DNA of 64,000 nt from Macrostomum lignano (taxonomy: Eukaryota): assembly GCA_002269645.1 (NCBI GenBank), contig NIVC01001615.1, positions 62,001-126,000 of the forward strand, read 5' to 3'. The notes below the pieces were generated by a model, which was not told where the DNA came from, did not search any database, and saw nothing but the letters and a program-made list of their open reading frames with translations. The position numbers and the translations under genes are program-made. Positions 36,156-48,905 of this stretch are shown here, piece after piece. Position 1 is the stretch's first letter. Every line of letters starts with the position of its first letter.

Positions 36156-39100
36156 GTTCCAATACATGGCGCAAGCAAACTTTTTTGATAGGATTCATTC
36201 TGGTGCAGGTGTGCCATGATCCTGACTATGGATACATAGTTAAAAAGATAGCCTTTTTCATAAAAAATTCTATCTTAAAAGTGGGTTGGATATGTACCAC
36301 ACTGGCGCATTCCAGTGCAGCAGCAGGCAAGGAAGGAAATCTGGCTCAGTACCTATGGCACAAGTCAAAAAATTGGCACAATTATTTGTAAGACAATATT
36401 TTTTAAATAGAAAATTAGTATTTAGGTCATTCAATGAGATGGTCCTATCATGTTTTTGAACTTTAAGCACTTGTAAAAAACAACTATCAGAAAAATTTAT
36501 GCTTTGCTATGGGTTTAGTTTTAGAATTCATACAACATAAATAGCTATATGAATAGAGTTAGAAGTTTGACATATTGTTTTTTGCATCTTTGTTCTATCT
36601 ATAGTCTAGATCATGCTAGGTGCACACCTGAACAAAAATTAAATAATTACAAATGCATGCCAAAAAAATTGATTGCACACCCATTCTTAAAACTATGCCG
36701 GTGTTGCAACAATAAATGATATTTTCAACATTGTGACAATAAATAACCTTTTTGAATTGCATAATGGACATTTTTTGGCAAATAATTTAGTTCATTTTTA
36801 TGATTTTTGGCAATATTATTTATAGTGAATATTGACTCATGCAAAGATTTGTTTAAATGCTTTAATACAAGCTTTAAAAACCCCTAAAGCTTGAAATTTA
36901 TGCTTCAGAATGAACTTTTCTTAACTTTTTTCTATTTCATAATAACTCTTCTGCATGATTCTTTAAATTGCACACCAGGTGTGCATACACAATTTTTCTT
37001 AGGAGTGATACATGCCAACCGCATGCCTACTTTTGGCGTACAAGGCCAATGTATGCCCAGTGTATACTATATGATCTAGAGTGTGGTGTTCTATCAATTA
37101 GGCCTATGGTTCAAAAGTTATAAGTGCTTAAAGTTCAAAACATGATGGGACCCTCTCATGGAATTACCCAATTTATTTTTATTAGCACTTTTTTGTTTGC
37201 CAGTGTATTAGTAGCTTTTTTAATTAAAATATATTAACATTGCATTTTCCATGAAACAGATTCAAATATAAGTTTTAATGGTATTTTTCAAATGGAAAAT
37301 ACTGCTTATTGTATTTTTGCTTTTCTTTTAAAAAAATTCTGGTACACAGTGCAAGCAGATTCATTAAATAGGAATAGTTCCAATGAATAGCATGCATAAT
37401 CAAACTATTTATCTGGCACAGGTATGCCATGATCCTGATTATAGACCCTATAGGAAAAAGTTGTAAAACCCCAGATGGTGTCTGGCGCACTTTTGAAATT
37501 TTTCTAAAGCATAGAGCACGCACAGGTGCATCGCCTGCATATGTGCTGCGCTTTCTTACTGGCTGCTGCTCTAGCAAATACATATACATGGAAATGGGTA
37601 TAATACCTCTGTTGAAGGGGCTTATACACGTAATTTATTACAAAATTTTGTTACAAAATTTGAAATATTTTAGAGCAAATTTCAATAACAACAAAAATTT
37701 AGAAGTGAAAATTTTGGTAGTGTCTAAAAAGTTGCTAAAAATAAAACTACTTTCTACTACATATACATCTATTACTTTTTGCTTAAGCAGTAAATTGAAA
37801 GTAAAAAAGTGAGTGTTGATCATACTAAACTTTGTTTTTCTGAATTATGATTTCAGGAAATTTCAATTTAGATTTTGGAAAGTTAGCAAACAAATTTTGA
37901 TTTTGACAAGACTGCAGATCTTTCGGAACATCTCTAATAATCCTAAAGCGCGATAAAATAGTTTGCCTCTTTTCTAAAGTGCGCGTCCGTGGGTTTTTTA
38001 CATTTATTCCAATAGGGACTATAGATAGTAATCAATAGCAATATACCATTATCATTATGCTTATTATTGGTAGTTATAATCAACTATAGATAGTCACAGT
38101 TATTATTTAAGAATTGAGAGATATCACATAGTCATTTGACTTCTCTTTATATCTTAGGAGCCACAATAGCCAACAATAATTTAGAGGTTAAAAGCTACCT
38201 CTTTTTGAAAAATTTAGAGCTGTGCCTGTGGCCACTTTAGTGTGTGGTCATCTTAGACATTCGCCATTACTAAACTTTGCTCTTTTGGAATTAAGAGAAG
38301 TCCTTACTTTTTATATAAAAAACTAAACTTTTAGGCCTAGCTAAATATTTTTTAATTTTTTCTCTAATTGCCTTACTTAGGTTAGGATTAATAGTTAAAG
38401 TTGAATTTTCATTTTTAATAGACCTAGAAGTAGATTCATTATCATTAATTACTTCTAATTGATTATTGCTATTTAGTTGACCTCCACAGACCATGGTCTT
38501 GATGATGCTCTTCACTAGGCAAACAAGTGGTAGCAACATTTATTTGTTCAACATGTTTCTTATGGACTCTTCTTGTATGAGCCTTTAAGACTTCAATAGA
38601 ATTACAGGAATGAAAACATAGTTGTACAAGACTTTTAATACAATTAATTAATTTAATACAAAATGAATGGTATGACTTAAAATGGGATAAACTTTAATAA
38701 TATTCCTTGAAGAAAATAGGCAAAAATGACAAAATTGGCATGCAACCACCATAATATCCACTTTGTCCTTAATGTCCACTAAAACATTTGGAGCCTGAGT
38801 GGACCTCTAATCTACAGTGAAGACTTGATATAAAAAAGTTCATAGCCTAGCATAGATTTTCTTTGTATATGGAGCTTTTATCCATTGTAATTTTAAGATC
38901 AAGGACTGCTTGTACACTCCTCATCTAGAGCTTTGATGTTGCCTTACAATATATTGTGGGCAAGCAAGCTTCAAACTGTTGATCTGAATTCTCTGTTTTG
39001 TAGATCTGCAGAGCTTCCAAGCTAGAGAGTCTCCAGCCTCAGCAGCCTCAGCAGCTCTCTCCTCTTAGCTTCTCTAAAAAAACTCAGCCTGTAGCAATAC

Positions 39101-39490
39101 TGCAGCTCCAATGCAATGGCTTGGTTTTCCATTTAACTTAGCCTGAATATCACTCTAACATTTTTAAACTAGTTCCATCCTTGCGGAACCTCACTAGAGT
39201 GGACAATGTCTTCAGCATGCCAATGAGAGGTTTTGAGAACACAGGCACCTTTCCCCAGTTGAGCACATGTGTATGATAATTCTATATAATAAATGTACAC
39301 TTGTATGCCTATTGACACTTTATGTGTATATGAACTCTGATAGAGGTCCACCCACATAGCTAATGACTTGCCTTCTATTGCTCCCCCACTAGAAGAGTTG
39401 AACAATTTGACAAACCCATGATGGGTGTACATTGAATGCAGCAGGCATTCAAATCTTTTGTCGGTCATCCTAGAGACCTCTGCCTTGCAG

Positions 39491-42400
39491 ATGATGAAAA
39501 CAGGCTGTCGCGAACGCGCCACGCGCCGTGGCGCAGGCGCCAGCAACGGCGGCGTCAATAGCGGCGCCGGTAGCGGCGCCACGCGCCTAACCAAAGCGGC
39601 GCTACTGCTGCACTTCGACGACCTGGTGCGCTCGGCCTCGGTGCTGCGCAACAACTCGGCAAGCGCTGAGCGCGCCCTGGCCAGGGTGGCCGCTGAGGCG
39701 CGGGAGAGCGCGCGCCTAGCCGAGGAGCGCGCCGAATCGTTGCGCCGCGAATTGGAGGAGGCTCGCATGGAGCAGCGCCGCTCGCAGGCGCAGCTGATGC
39801 AGGCGCGCGCCGATTTAGAAGAGGAACAGCAGCGCCGGCGCCGCTGCGAGGCCGGGGCGCGCGAGCTGCAAGCCAGACTGCGTGGCTTGGTAGGGCTAGG
39901 AGTTTACTGATTTAATCCTCAGATTAATGCTCAATCCATTCGGATTACCCCCGTGACTCCTGGACTATTAGATTTCCCCTGGGGATCCCGTGGGAATCCC
40001 GTGGGATTTCCCCTGTAAATTCTGTAGGATTTCCCCTGGGAATTCTGTGGGATTTCCCCTGGGAATTCTGTGGGATTTCCCCTGGGAATTCTGTGGTATT
40101 TCCCCTGAGAATCATGTTGGATTTCCCTGGGAATCATGTGGAATTTCCCCTGGGAATCCTTTGGATTTCCCCTGGGAATCCTTTGGATTTCCCCTGGGAA
40201 TCCTGTGGAATTTCCCCTGGGAATCCCGTGGATTTCCCCTGGCAATCCTGTGGGATTTCCCCTGGGAATCCTGTAGGATTTCCTTTTGGAGTCGTGTAGA
40301 ATTTCCTCTGTGATTTCCATGTCATTTAATACTCCATCGAACTTTTACTTCGAACCAAACTTTTCTCCAGTGCACCGACGCTTCTCAGCTCGGCGTCGCC
40401 GCATCCGGCGTTCTTGACGCCGCCTACATTGACGACATTGTCGGCTTCGGCGGCAACCGTGGCGTTGGCGGCGGCCGCAACGTCGTTGGCGCCAACGGCG
40501 GCATCGGCGAGGAGCACAGCTCAGGCGACCTGCTGGATCCCGACGACTTCGACTACGACAACACCGACGAGGAGGCAGCGGCCGCGGCCAATGTCGCCCC
40601 CTCCTACTCGCACCGACGGGGCAGCCCGCCAGCTCCCGTTTCGTCCGCCGCCGCCTTTACGGCAACGCCGACAACTTCGACAGCAGCTCCGTCGCGTTGG
40701 TCGCCGCCACCGCCAACCGTGCCGCAGCTGGTTGTCGACTGCGTCCGCGAGATTGAGCGGCGTGGCCTGCGGGAGGTCGGCCTGTACAGGGTGTCCGGCT
40801 CGCAGAAGCAGGTCCGCCAGCTGTGGGACGCCTACAGCCAGTCGCAGCAGCGTAAAGTGAGAATTCACCGCCTTTGCTTGCTTGATTTCCTCAGTTGGTT
40901 TCTGCTTTCTCATCCGCTCAACTGCCAACTCCATTGCCCCCCCCCCAACTGCCAACTCCATTACCCCCCCCCCTCCCCAACTGCCAACTCCATTGCCCCC
41001 AACTGCCAACTCCATTACCCCCCCCCCCAACTGCCAACTCCATTGCCCCCCAACTGCAACTCCATTGCCCCCCCCCAACGGCAAACTCCATGCCCCCCCA
41101 ACGGCCAACTCCATTGCCCCCCAACGGCCAACTCCATGGCCCCCCCCGACGGCAAACTCCATTGCCCCCCAACGGCCAACTCCATTGCCCCCCCCTAACG
41201 GCCCACTCCATGCCCCCCCCAACTGCCAACTCCATTGCCCCCCCCCAACGGCAAACTCCATGCCCCCCAACGGCCAACTCCATTGCCCCCCCCAACGGCC
41301 AACTCCATGGCCCCCCCCGACGGCAAACTCCATGCCCCCCCAACGGCCAACTCCATTGCCCCCCTCCCTAACGGCCCACTCCATGCCCCCCCCCAACTGC
41401 CAACTCCATTGCCCCCCAACGGCAAACTCCATGCCCCCCCAACGGCCAACTCCATTGCCCCCCAACGGCCAACTCCATTGCCCCCCCCTAACGGCCCACT
41501 CCATGCCCCCCCCAACGGCCAACTCCATGGCCCCCCCCCGACGGCAAACTCCATGCCCCCCAACGGCCAACTCCATTGCCCCCCCAACGGCCAACTCCAT
41601 TGCCCCCCCTAACGGCCCACTCCATGCCCCCCCAACGGCCAACTCCATTGCCCCCCCCCTACGGCAAACTCCATGCCCCCCAACGGCCAACTCCATTGCC
41701 CCCCAACGGCCAACTCCATTGCCCCCCTAACGGCCCACTCCATGCCCCCCCCGACGGCCAACTCCATTGCCCCCCCCGACGGCCAACTCCATTGCCCCCC
41801 CGACGGCCAACTCCATTGCCCCCCCCCAACGGCCAACTCCATTGCCCCCCCCCGACGGCCAACTCCATTGCCCCCCCCAATGGCGAACTCCATGCCCCCC
41901 CCAATGGCGAACTCCATGCCCCCCCCAACGGCCCACTCCATGCCCCCCCTAACGGCCACTCCATGCCCCAAGGGTTTCCATACTAAGCTAGTGCAAGCCG
42001 CTCCCACTCTGCCCCCAGGTGCCAGACTTATCCGGAGTCGAGGACGTCCACGTGCTGTGCGGCTTGCTGAAGATGTACCTGAGCAGCCTGCCGGAGCCAC
42101 TGCTCACCTACCGGATGTGGCCAGACTTTGCCCGGGCGGCCGAGACCGCCAACAACGAGCTGGCCTCGGCCACTTTGCTCAGCCTGCCGCCCGCCAACCG
42201 GGACACCCTGGTTTACCTGTTGGCACACCTGTTACGCGTGGCCGACAGTCCGGCCGTGCAGATGACCGAGTCCAATCTGTCCCGCACTTTGGCGCCCAGT
42301 CTGGTTGGCAACTCGTGCCACGATCCGGAGCCCATGATGGTGAGATCCAGTCTGTTCTAGTCTTTATTGCTATCCTCCTGAGTCTTTGTTGCTATCCTCC

Positions 42401-43356
42401 TGAGTCTTTGTTGCTATCCTCCTGAGTCTTTGTTGCTATCCTCCTGAGTCTTTGTTGCTATCCTCCCGAGTCTTTGTTGCTATCCTCCTGAGTCTTTGTT
42501 GCTATCCTCCTGAGTCTTTGTTGCTATCCTCCTGAGTCTTTGTTGCTATCCTCCTGAGTCTTTGTTGCTATCCTCCCGAGTCTGTCGCTATCCTCCCGAG
42601 TCTGTGTCGCTATCCTCTTGAGTCTTTGTTGCTATCCTCTTGAGTGTGTCCTATCCTCCTGAGTCTTTGTTGCTATCCTCTTGAGTGTGTCCTATCCTCC
42701 TGAGTCTTTGTTGCTATCCTCTTGAGTGTGTCCTATCCTCCTGAGTCTGTGTCGCTATCCTCTTGAGTGTGTCCTATCCTCCTGAGTCTTTGTTGCTATC
42801 CTCCTGAGTCTTTGTTGCTATCCTCCCGAGTCTGTGTCATATCCTTCCGAGTCTGTGTCTCTATCCTCTTGAGTCTTCGTTGCTATCCTCTTGAGTGTGT
42901 CCTATCCTCCTGAGTCTGTGTCGCTATCCTCCTGAGTCTGTGTTTCTATCCTCCTGAGTCTTCGTTGCTATCCTCTTGAGTCTGTCCTATCCTCCTGAGT
43001 CTGTGCCACCATTGGCATCCCTCTTTCCTCATCCCGAACCGCCGTAGACCATCAACGAGACGGCCGTCCAGCAGTCGATTCTGCGGCAGCTGCTCTGTCT
43101 GCCTAGCAACTACTACGCCGACCTGTTGGCCTCCGCATCCTCTGGCGACGGCTCGCTGCTGGGCGGCGGCGGGCAGCCAGACGGCGGCGGGCAGCAGCAG
43201 AGCAGCTACATCGCCTCCAAGACGCCGCTGCTCCGGCCGAGGTTCAAAGCTGCACCAGTTGGCGACCTGAGGGACCCGAATTTCAAGGAGAAAGTCAACC
43301 TGATGCGGGAGACCTACCGGGCCACCAGGAAGCTGTTCTTTCCGCATCCCAAGTGA
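39491..43356 (+). CDS. RACGAP1: RACGAP1/CYK-4-like RhoGAP (N-terminal coiled coil + RhoGAP, no C1 domain), 4 exons
   Basis: Exons 39491-39889, 40371-40856, 42019-42339, 43048-43356, all phase 0. LLHFDDLVRSASVL and AQLMQARADLEEEQQRRRRCE resemble the RACGAP1 N-terminus and coiled coil. GAP domain reads VPQLVVDCVREIERRGLREVGLYRVSG...DVHVLCGLLKMYLSSLPEPLLT...NRDTLVYLLAHL...MTESNLSRTLAPSLVG. Confidence 0.82.
39965..40280. repeat. Minisatellite, 23-bp unit GGGAATTCTGTGGGATTTCCCCT (RACGAP1 intron 1)
   Basis: Tandem copies with a quasi-palindromic unit. Confidence 0.92.
40918..41975. repeat. C-rich minisatellite, ~22-25-bp unit CCAACTCCATTGCCCCCCAACGG (RACGAP1 intron 2)
   Basis: Tandem copies with variable C-tracts. 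Confidence 0.94.
42350..43005. repeat. Minisatellite, 22-bp unit CTCCTGAGTCTTTGTTGCTATC (RACGAP1 intron 3)
   Basis: Tandem copies fill the intron. Confidence 0.94.
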
Positions 43357-43547
43357 CACCTGACTTGCTCTTTTATAATCAACTCGACTGTCTCAGCTGT
43401 CAGTACTTTCTGCTTGTGTGCTTAGTTTAGCTTTTTAATATCCCGTGTACTTATTATTTATTATATCTCATTTTTTGTTAATCTGCGTATTCCTTCAGTA
43501 GGTAAAATTTTCAAAATGCGAGCAATTGTTATTGTGTAATTATTGTA

Positions 43548-44340
43548 GGGCCTGGATTTATGGCCACTGGCCTGGATTTATGACCACTGGCCTGGATTTA
43601 TGGCCACTGGCCTGGGTTTATGGCCACTGGCCTGGATTTATGACCACTGGCCTGGATTTATGGCCACTGGCCTGGGTTTATGGCCACTGGCCTGGATTTA
43701 TGACCACTGGCCTGGGTTTATGACCACTGGCCTGGATTTATGGCCACTGGCCTGGATTTATGACCACTGGCCTGGATTTATGGCCACTGGCCTGGATTTA
43801 TGGGCGCTGGCCTGGATTTATGGCTACTTGCCTGGATTTATGACCACTGGCCTGGATTTATGACCACTGGCCTGGATTTATGACCACTGGCCTGGATTTA
43901 TGGCCACTGGCCTGGATTTATGACCACTGGCCTGGATTTATGGCCACTGGCCTGGATTTATGACCACTGGCCTGGGTTTATGGCCACTGGCCTGGGTTTA
44001 TGGCCACTGGCCTGGGTTTATGGCCACTGGCCTGGGTTTATGCCCACTGGCCTGGATTTATGACCACTGGCCTGGGTTTATGACCACTGGACTGGATTTA
44101 TGGCCACTGGCCTGGATTTATGACCACTGGCCTGGGTTTATGACCACTGGCCTGGATTTATGACCACTGGCCTGGGTTTATGACCACTGTCCTGGATTTA
44201 TGGCCACTGGCCTGGGTTTATGGCCACTGGCCTGGATTTATGACCACTGGCCTGGGTTTATGACCACTGGCCTGGATTTATGGCTACTGGCCTGGGTTTA
44301 TGGCCACTGGCCTGGGTTTATGGCCACTGGCCTGGATTTA
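43548..44340. repeat. Minisatellite, 20-bp unit TGGCCACTGGCCTGGATTTA between the convergent RACGAP1 and UBL-ankyrin 3' ends
   Basis: About 40 tandem copies. Confidence 0.95.
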
Positions 44341-44940
44341 CGAGTATGGGTACAGGGGTTGCAAGGCCTAAGTTTATTCGGGATGGTGTCCGTATTTAAC
44401 ATCGCATTGTATTTCACAGTATATTTATAATAAAATTTTATTTTTTAAACCTTAATTACTTCTGAGCATTGCAGCATCCGCACAGTCGGTCTGCTTTTCG
44501 CATTTTTAATATTTTAATTAATTAACTGCTTTCATTTATAACAAAACATTTGAATTTTAGTCCGCTCAAGCTCTCTACACTCGGCATTTGTCTGTCTTTA
44601 AAGTCGCTGTTTTTTTGCTCGCAATTAATGACTTTAATAAATTATAAATTGTATAATTAATTGCTAACAATAAAGCAATCTGGGTCACTACTCAATGCTT
44701 GGTTTGCTGTCTCGGACTTATTATAACTTGCTTGACTTGCCTGTCTCTCGGTGTTTCTTTCTTTTATAAATAACCCACTTTCTGGGTAAATTCGTTTAGA
44801 AAAAAATAAGCTGACAAAGCTTACAGTCTACTGACAGTAGCTGCGTAGTTGTTTAGCGGTCAAAATATTTTCTACTCTGTATTGGGTTATTGGGGTTATT
44901 TATTATTGACATCGCTTCATATTAAACAATTTTATTATTC

Positions 44941-45123
44941 GGGATCAGCTGAGAAGGGGAAGCAGCTCCCACAGCGGGATCAGCTGAGAAGGGGAAGCAG
45001 CTCCCACAGCGGGATCAGCTGAGAAGGGGAAGCAGCTCCCACAGCGGGATCAGCTGAGAAGGGGAAGCAGCTCCCACAGCGGGATCAGCTGAGAAGGGGA
45101 AGCAGCTCCCACAGCGGGATCAG
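44941..45123. repeat. Five perfect 35-bp repeats GGGATCAGCTGAGAAGGGGAAGCAGCTCCCACAGC abutting a stop codon
   Basis: Identical copies; the final partial unit overlaps the minus-strand TGA at 45120-45122. Confidence 0.95.
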
Positions 45124-48040
45124 TCAGCCCTCGGCCCGTTCGAGAAGCTCCTCGTACGGCAGCTGGCCTGTCTCTTTTGCCAAGCAGGCTGCTGATGATC
45201 AAGATGCTGATGAGGTTCAGCCTCCCGACCAGGCAACGGCATGCGGAACAGCTTCATCGACTCGGCGGCACCACCTGACGGTGCCGCTGGCGCACGCGCA
45301 CCGCCGACGCTGCGCTTCGCTGTCTCACCGAGCACCAGCCTGCGACACGCGGTGGCCGCCTCTGAGCCTGCCGACGCTGCCGCCGTCGCGTAGTCGGCCG
45401 CCCGCCGGCCGGAGGCGTCTCGCAGAGCAGCAGCGTCTCGCGGCATCCGCGACAGGAGCAGCCGGCACACGCGGGGCTGCTGATGGTAGCAGGCGAAGTG
45501 CAGCCCGGTGCGGCCCGTGTGGGGCGTGACGGCTGAGGCCAGGCTCGCTGCGGGGTGGGATGGGGCGGCTGCTGTACTGATCATCCCAGTCCGCATCCAC
45601 AACAGCCTGCACCCACACCAGCCTGCACCCACCCCAGCCTGCACCCACTCCAGCCTGCACCCACCCCAGCCTGCATCCACCCCAGCCTGCACCCACTCCA
45701 GCCTGCACCCACACCAGCCTGCACCCACTCCAGCCTGCACCCACCCCAGCTTGCACCCACACCAGCCTGCATCCACCCCAGCCTGCACCCACTCCAGCCT
45801 GCACCCACTCCAGCCTGCACCCACTCCAGCCTGCATCCACCCCAGCCTGCACCCACCCCAGCCTGCATCCACCCCAGCCTGCACCCACCCCAGCCTGCAC
45901 CCACCCCAGCCTGCACCCACCCCAGCCTGCACCCACCCCAGCCTGCACCCACACCAGCCTGCACCCACCCCAGCCTGCACCCACCCCAGCCTGCACCCAC
46001 TCCAGCCTGCACCCACCCCAGCTTGCACCCACACCAGCCTGCACCCACTCCAGCCTGCACCCACCCCAGCCTGCACCCACTCCAGCCTGCATCCACCCCA
46101 GCCTGCACCCACTCCAGCCTGCACCCACCCCAGCCTGCACCCACACCAGCCTGCACCCACCCCAGCCTGCACCCACCCCAGCCTGCACCCACCCCAGCTT
46201 GCACCCACACCAGCCTGCACCCACCCTAGCATGAACCGACACCAGCCTGCACCCACCCCAGCATGCCAGGCACCCCATCCTAGGCACCCCAGACACGCGA
46301 AACACCTTGACACCCCAGCCTGCACTCACGCAGCATCTGCAGGAAGATCCGCACGAGTCCCACAGAGCCGGCCCGACAGCAGGCCAACACGAAGGCAGAG
46401 TGCGCCACCGTTTCTGGTTCGACGTCCTCCTGATCTTCCTCCTCCTCCTCCTGATGCTCCTCTGCCGTTTCGTCAGCCAACAGCGCCTTATCCTGGGCCA
46501 GGACTCCCCGCTGTGGCCGCTGCCCTCGAGCTGCCGCTGCCTTGCCGCTTCGCAGCCGCCCCAGCCGCCGCTCCCTGGCCACCCCCGCCAGCCAAGCTGC
46601 TATCGACCTCTCATCCCTGCCGTCCTCGACGTCGTCAGCGAGCTGTCTGAAGACCGGCCGCACCGTCAACTGGAGAGTTGCCTCGGTCGGCAGGTCGGCT
46701 TCGGTCAGTTCGCGGCCACGCAGCAGCAGCTTCGTGCTCGCCGCGGTGTACCCGGACAGCAGCTCGAGCTGACGGAGGATCTGCTGCACCGCTGTATGCC
46801 CGCCGCTGTCCGGGCTGTACGACACGTTCACGATGCCTTCGCGAGGCAGCAGGACGAAGCATTCGGCCACCTGATCCGCCTGCTGCCGCTCCTGGCGGAT
46901 GGGCAATGATTATCCAGACAGGTGAGACATGATTATCCAGACAGGTGAGACATGATTATCCAGACAGGTGCAACATGATTATCCAGACAGATGAGACATA
47001 ATTATCCAGACAGGTGAGACATGATTATCCAGACAGGTGAGACATGATTATCCAGACAGGTGAGACATGATTATCCAGACAGGTGAGACATGATTATCCA
47101 GACAGGTGAGGCATGATTATCCAGACAGGTGAGACATGATTATCCAGACAGGTGAGACATGATTATCCAGACAGGTGCAACATGATTATCCAGACAGATG
47201 AGACATAATTATCCAGACAGGTGAGACATGATTATCCAGACAGGTGAGACATGATTATCCAGACAGGTGAGACATGATTATCCAGACAGGTGAGACATGA
47301 TTATCCAGACAGATGAGACATGATTATCCAGACAGGTGAGACATGATTATCCAGACAGGTGAGACATGATTATCCAGACAGGTGAGACATGATTATCCAG
47401 ACAGGTGCAACATGATTATCCAGACAGGTGAGACATGATTATCCAGACAGGTGAGACATGATTATCCAGACAGGTGAGACATGATTATCCAGACAGGTGA
47501 GACATGATTATCCAGACAGGTGAGACATGATTATCCAGACAGGTGAGACATAATTATCCAGACAGGTGAGACATGATTATCCAGACAGGTGAGACATGAT
47601 TATCCAGACAGGTGCAACATGATTATCCAGACAGGTGAGACATGATTATCCAGACAGGTGAGACATAATTATCCAGACAGGTGAGACATGATTATCCAGA
47701 CAGGTGAGACATAATTATCCAGACAGGTGAGACATGATTATCCAGACAGGTGAGACATGATTATCCAGACAGGTGAGACATGATTATCCAGACAGGTGCA
47801 ACATGATTATCCAGACAGTACATCAGCATCTGTGCCCAGTTGCCGCACCTGTAATCCGCTGGAGTCCAGCAGGTGCAGCCCGAAGAAGCTGACGCTGCGC
47901 CTGTCCTCGTCCATGTCAAAATCTTTGCCATTTTTATCGCCTCTGGTGCTATGCTGCTGGCTGTGCTGGTTTCCATGGCAACCGAAACCTACTCCGCTGC
48001 CGCTGCTAATGGACTGTTGAATCGCTCGACGGGCAGACAT
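45120..48040 (-). CDS. Ubiquitin-like domain + ankyrin-repeat protein (ANKRD60/ANKUB1-like), 3 exons
   Basis: Exons (minus) 48040-47822, 46891-46330, 45547-45120 with consistent phases. UBL-like segment AVQQILRQLELLSGYTAASTKLLLRGRELTEADLPTEATLQLTV is followed by ankyrin repeats AFVLACCRAGSVGLVRIFL and GRTGLHFACYHQQPRVCRLLL...RDASGRRAADYA. Family assignment is from recalled similarity only. Confidence 0.72.
45595..46325. repeat. Minisatellite, 16-bp unit CCAGCCTGCACCCACC (UBL-ankyrin intron 2)
   Basis: Tandem copies fill the intron. Confidence 0.95.
46907..47818. repeat. Minisatellite, 23-bp unit GATTATCCAGACAGGTGAGACAT (UBL-ankyrin intron 1)
   Basis: About 40 copies running to within a few bases of both splice sites. 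Confidence 0.96.
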
Positions 48041-48554
48041 TGAGAGCAGAGACCTGGGGTCAGACAAGGCGGGTGGGCTTCGTCAATCTGCCTGCTGTTT
48101 CCCTATTGTCTGCTTTCTCCTTATTTTACCTTTTTCCATTTTTATGCCTCAACTGTCTGTCTCTGTTATAAAAACAAGCCGGTTAGAAGTTCTATTTAGA
48201 AGTCATGACCCGTCTTTCTCCAAAGCTGAGCAGCTCTCTACCTTCTGCCTGCCTACTAGTGAAACCTGCCTGTCATTGTCTGAGGCCTGCTCACAAGCCT
48301 CACCGGGTGCAGCTCTTATCAATGATGCCATTGTATCCATTCTGTCTCTGCTTTACTCTCACTGCCACTGCGCATTTAATAGCTGAGGGTTGTCTGCAGC
48401 TAAGTACAGATGTTTGGAGAGAGAAACCCGAGCCTAAACGAATGGCAAAGTTCAGCCTCTTGGTCACGCCCCACTTTCTGTCGGAGTTCCTTTGGTTTCC
48501 AAAAACAAACTTTCTTTGATTTGAGTTCACAATTCCCACGGTTGACAGTCACGA

Positions 48555-48905
48555 ATACTCACAATCCTGAATCTTCACAATCCTTAATCTTCACAATCCT
48601 GAGTATTCATATTCCCGAATCTTCACAATCCCGAATCTTCACATTCCTGAATCTTCACATTCCCAAATCTTCACAATCCTGAATCTTCACAATCCCGAAT
48701 CTTCACAATCCTGAATATTCACAATCCTGAATATTCACAATCCTGAATATTCACAATCCTGAATATTCACAATCCTGAATATTCACAATCCTGAATATTC
48801 ACAATCCTGAATATTCACAATCCTGAATCTTCACAATCCTAAATCTTTACAATCCCGAATATTACAATCCTTAATCTTCACAATCCCGAATCTTCACAAT
48901 CCGAA
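48555..48905. repeat. Minisatellite, 16-bp unit CACAATCCTGAATATT between the divergent UBL-ankyrin and Rab genes
   Basis: Tandem copies visible. Confidence 0.9.

Noticed and set aside
38100-39170. Minus-strand ORF fragments suggesting a decayed transposase
   Set aside because: No catalytic or family motif identified; AT-rich short ORFs are compatible with chance.
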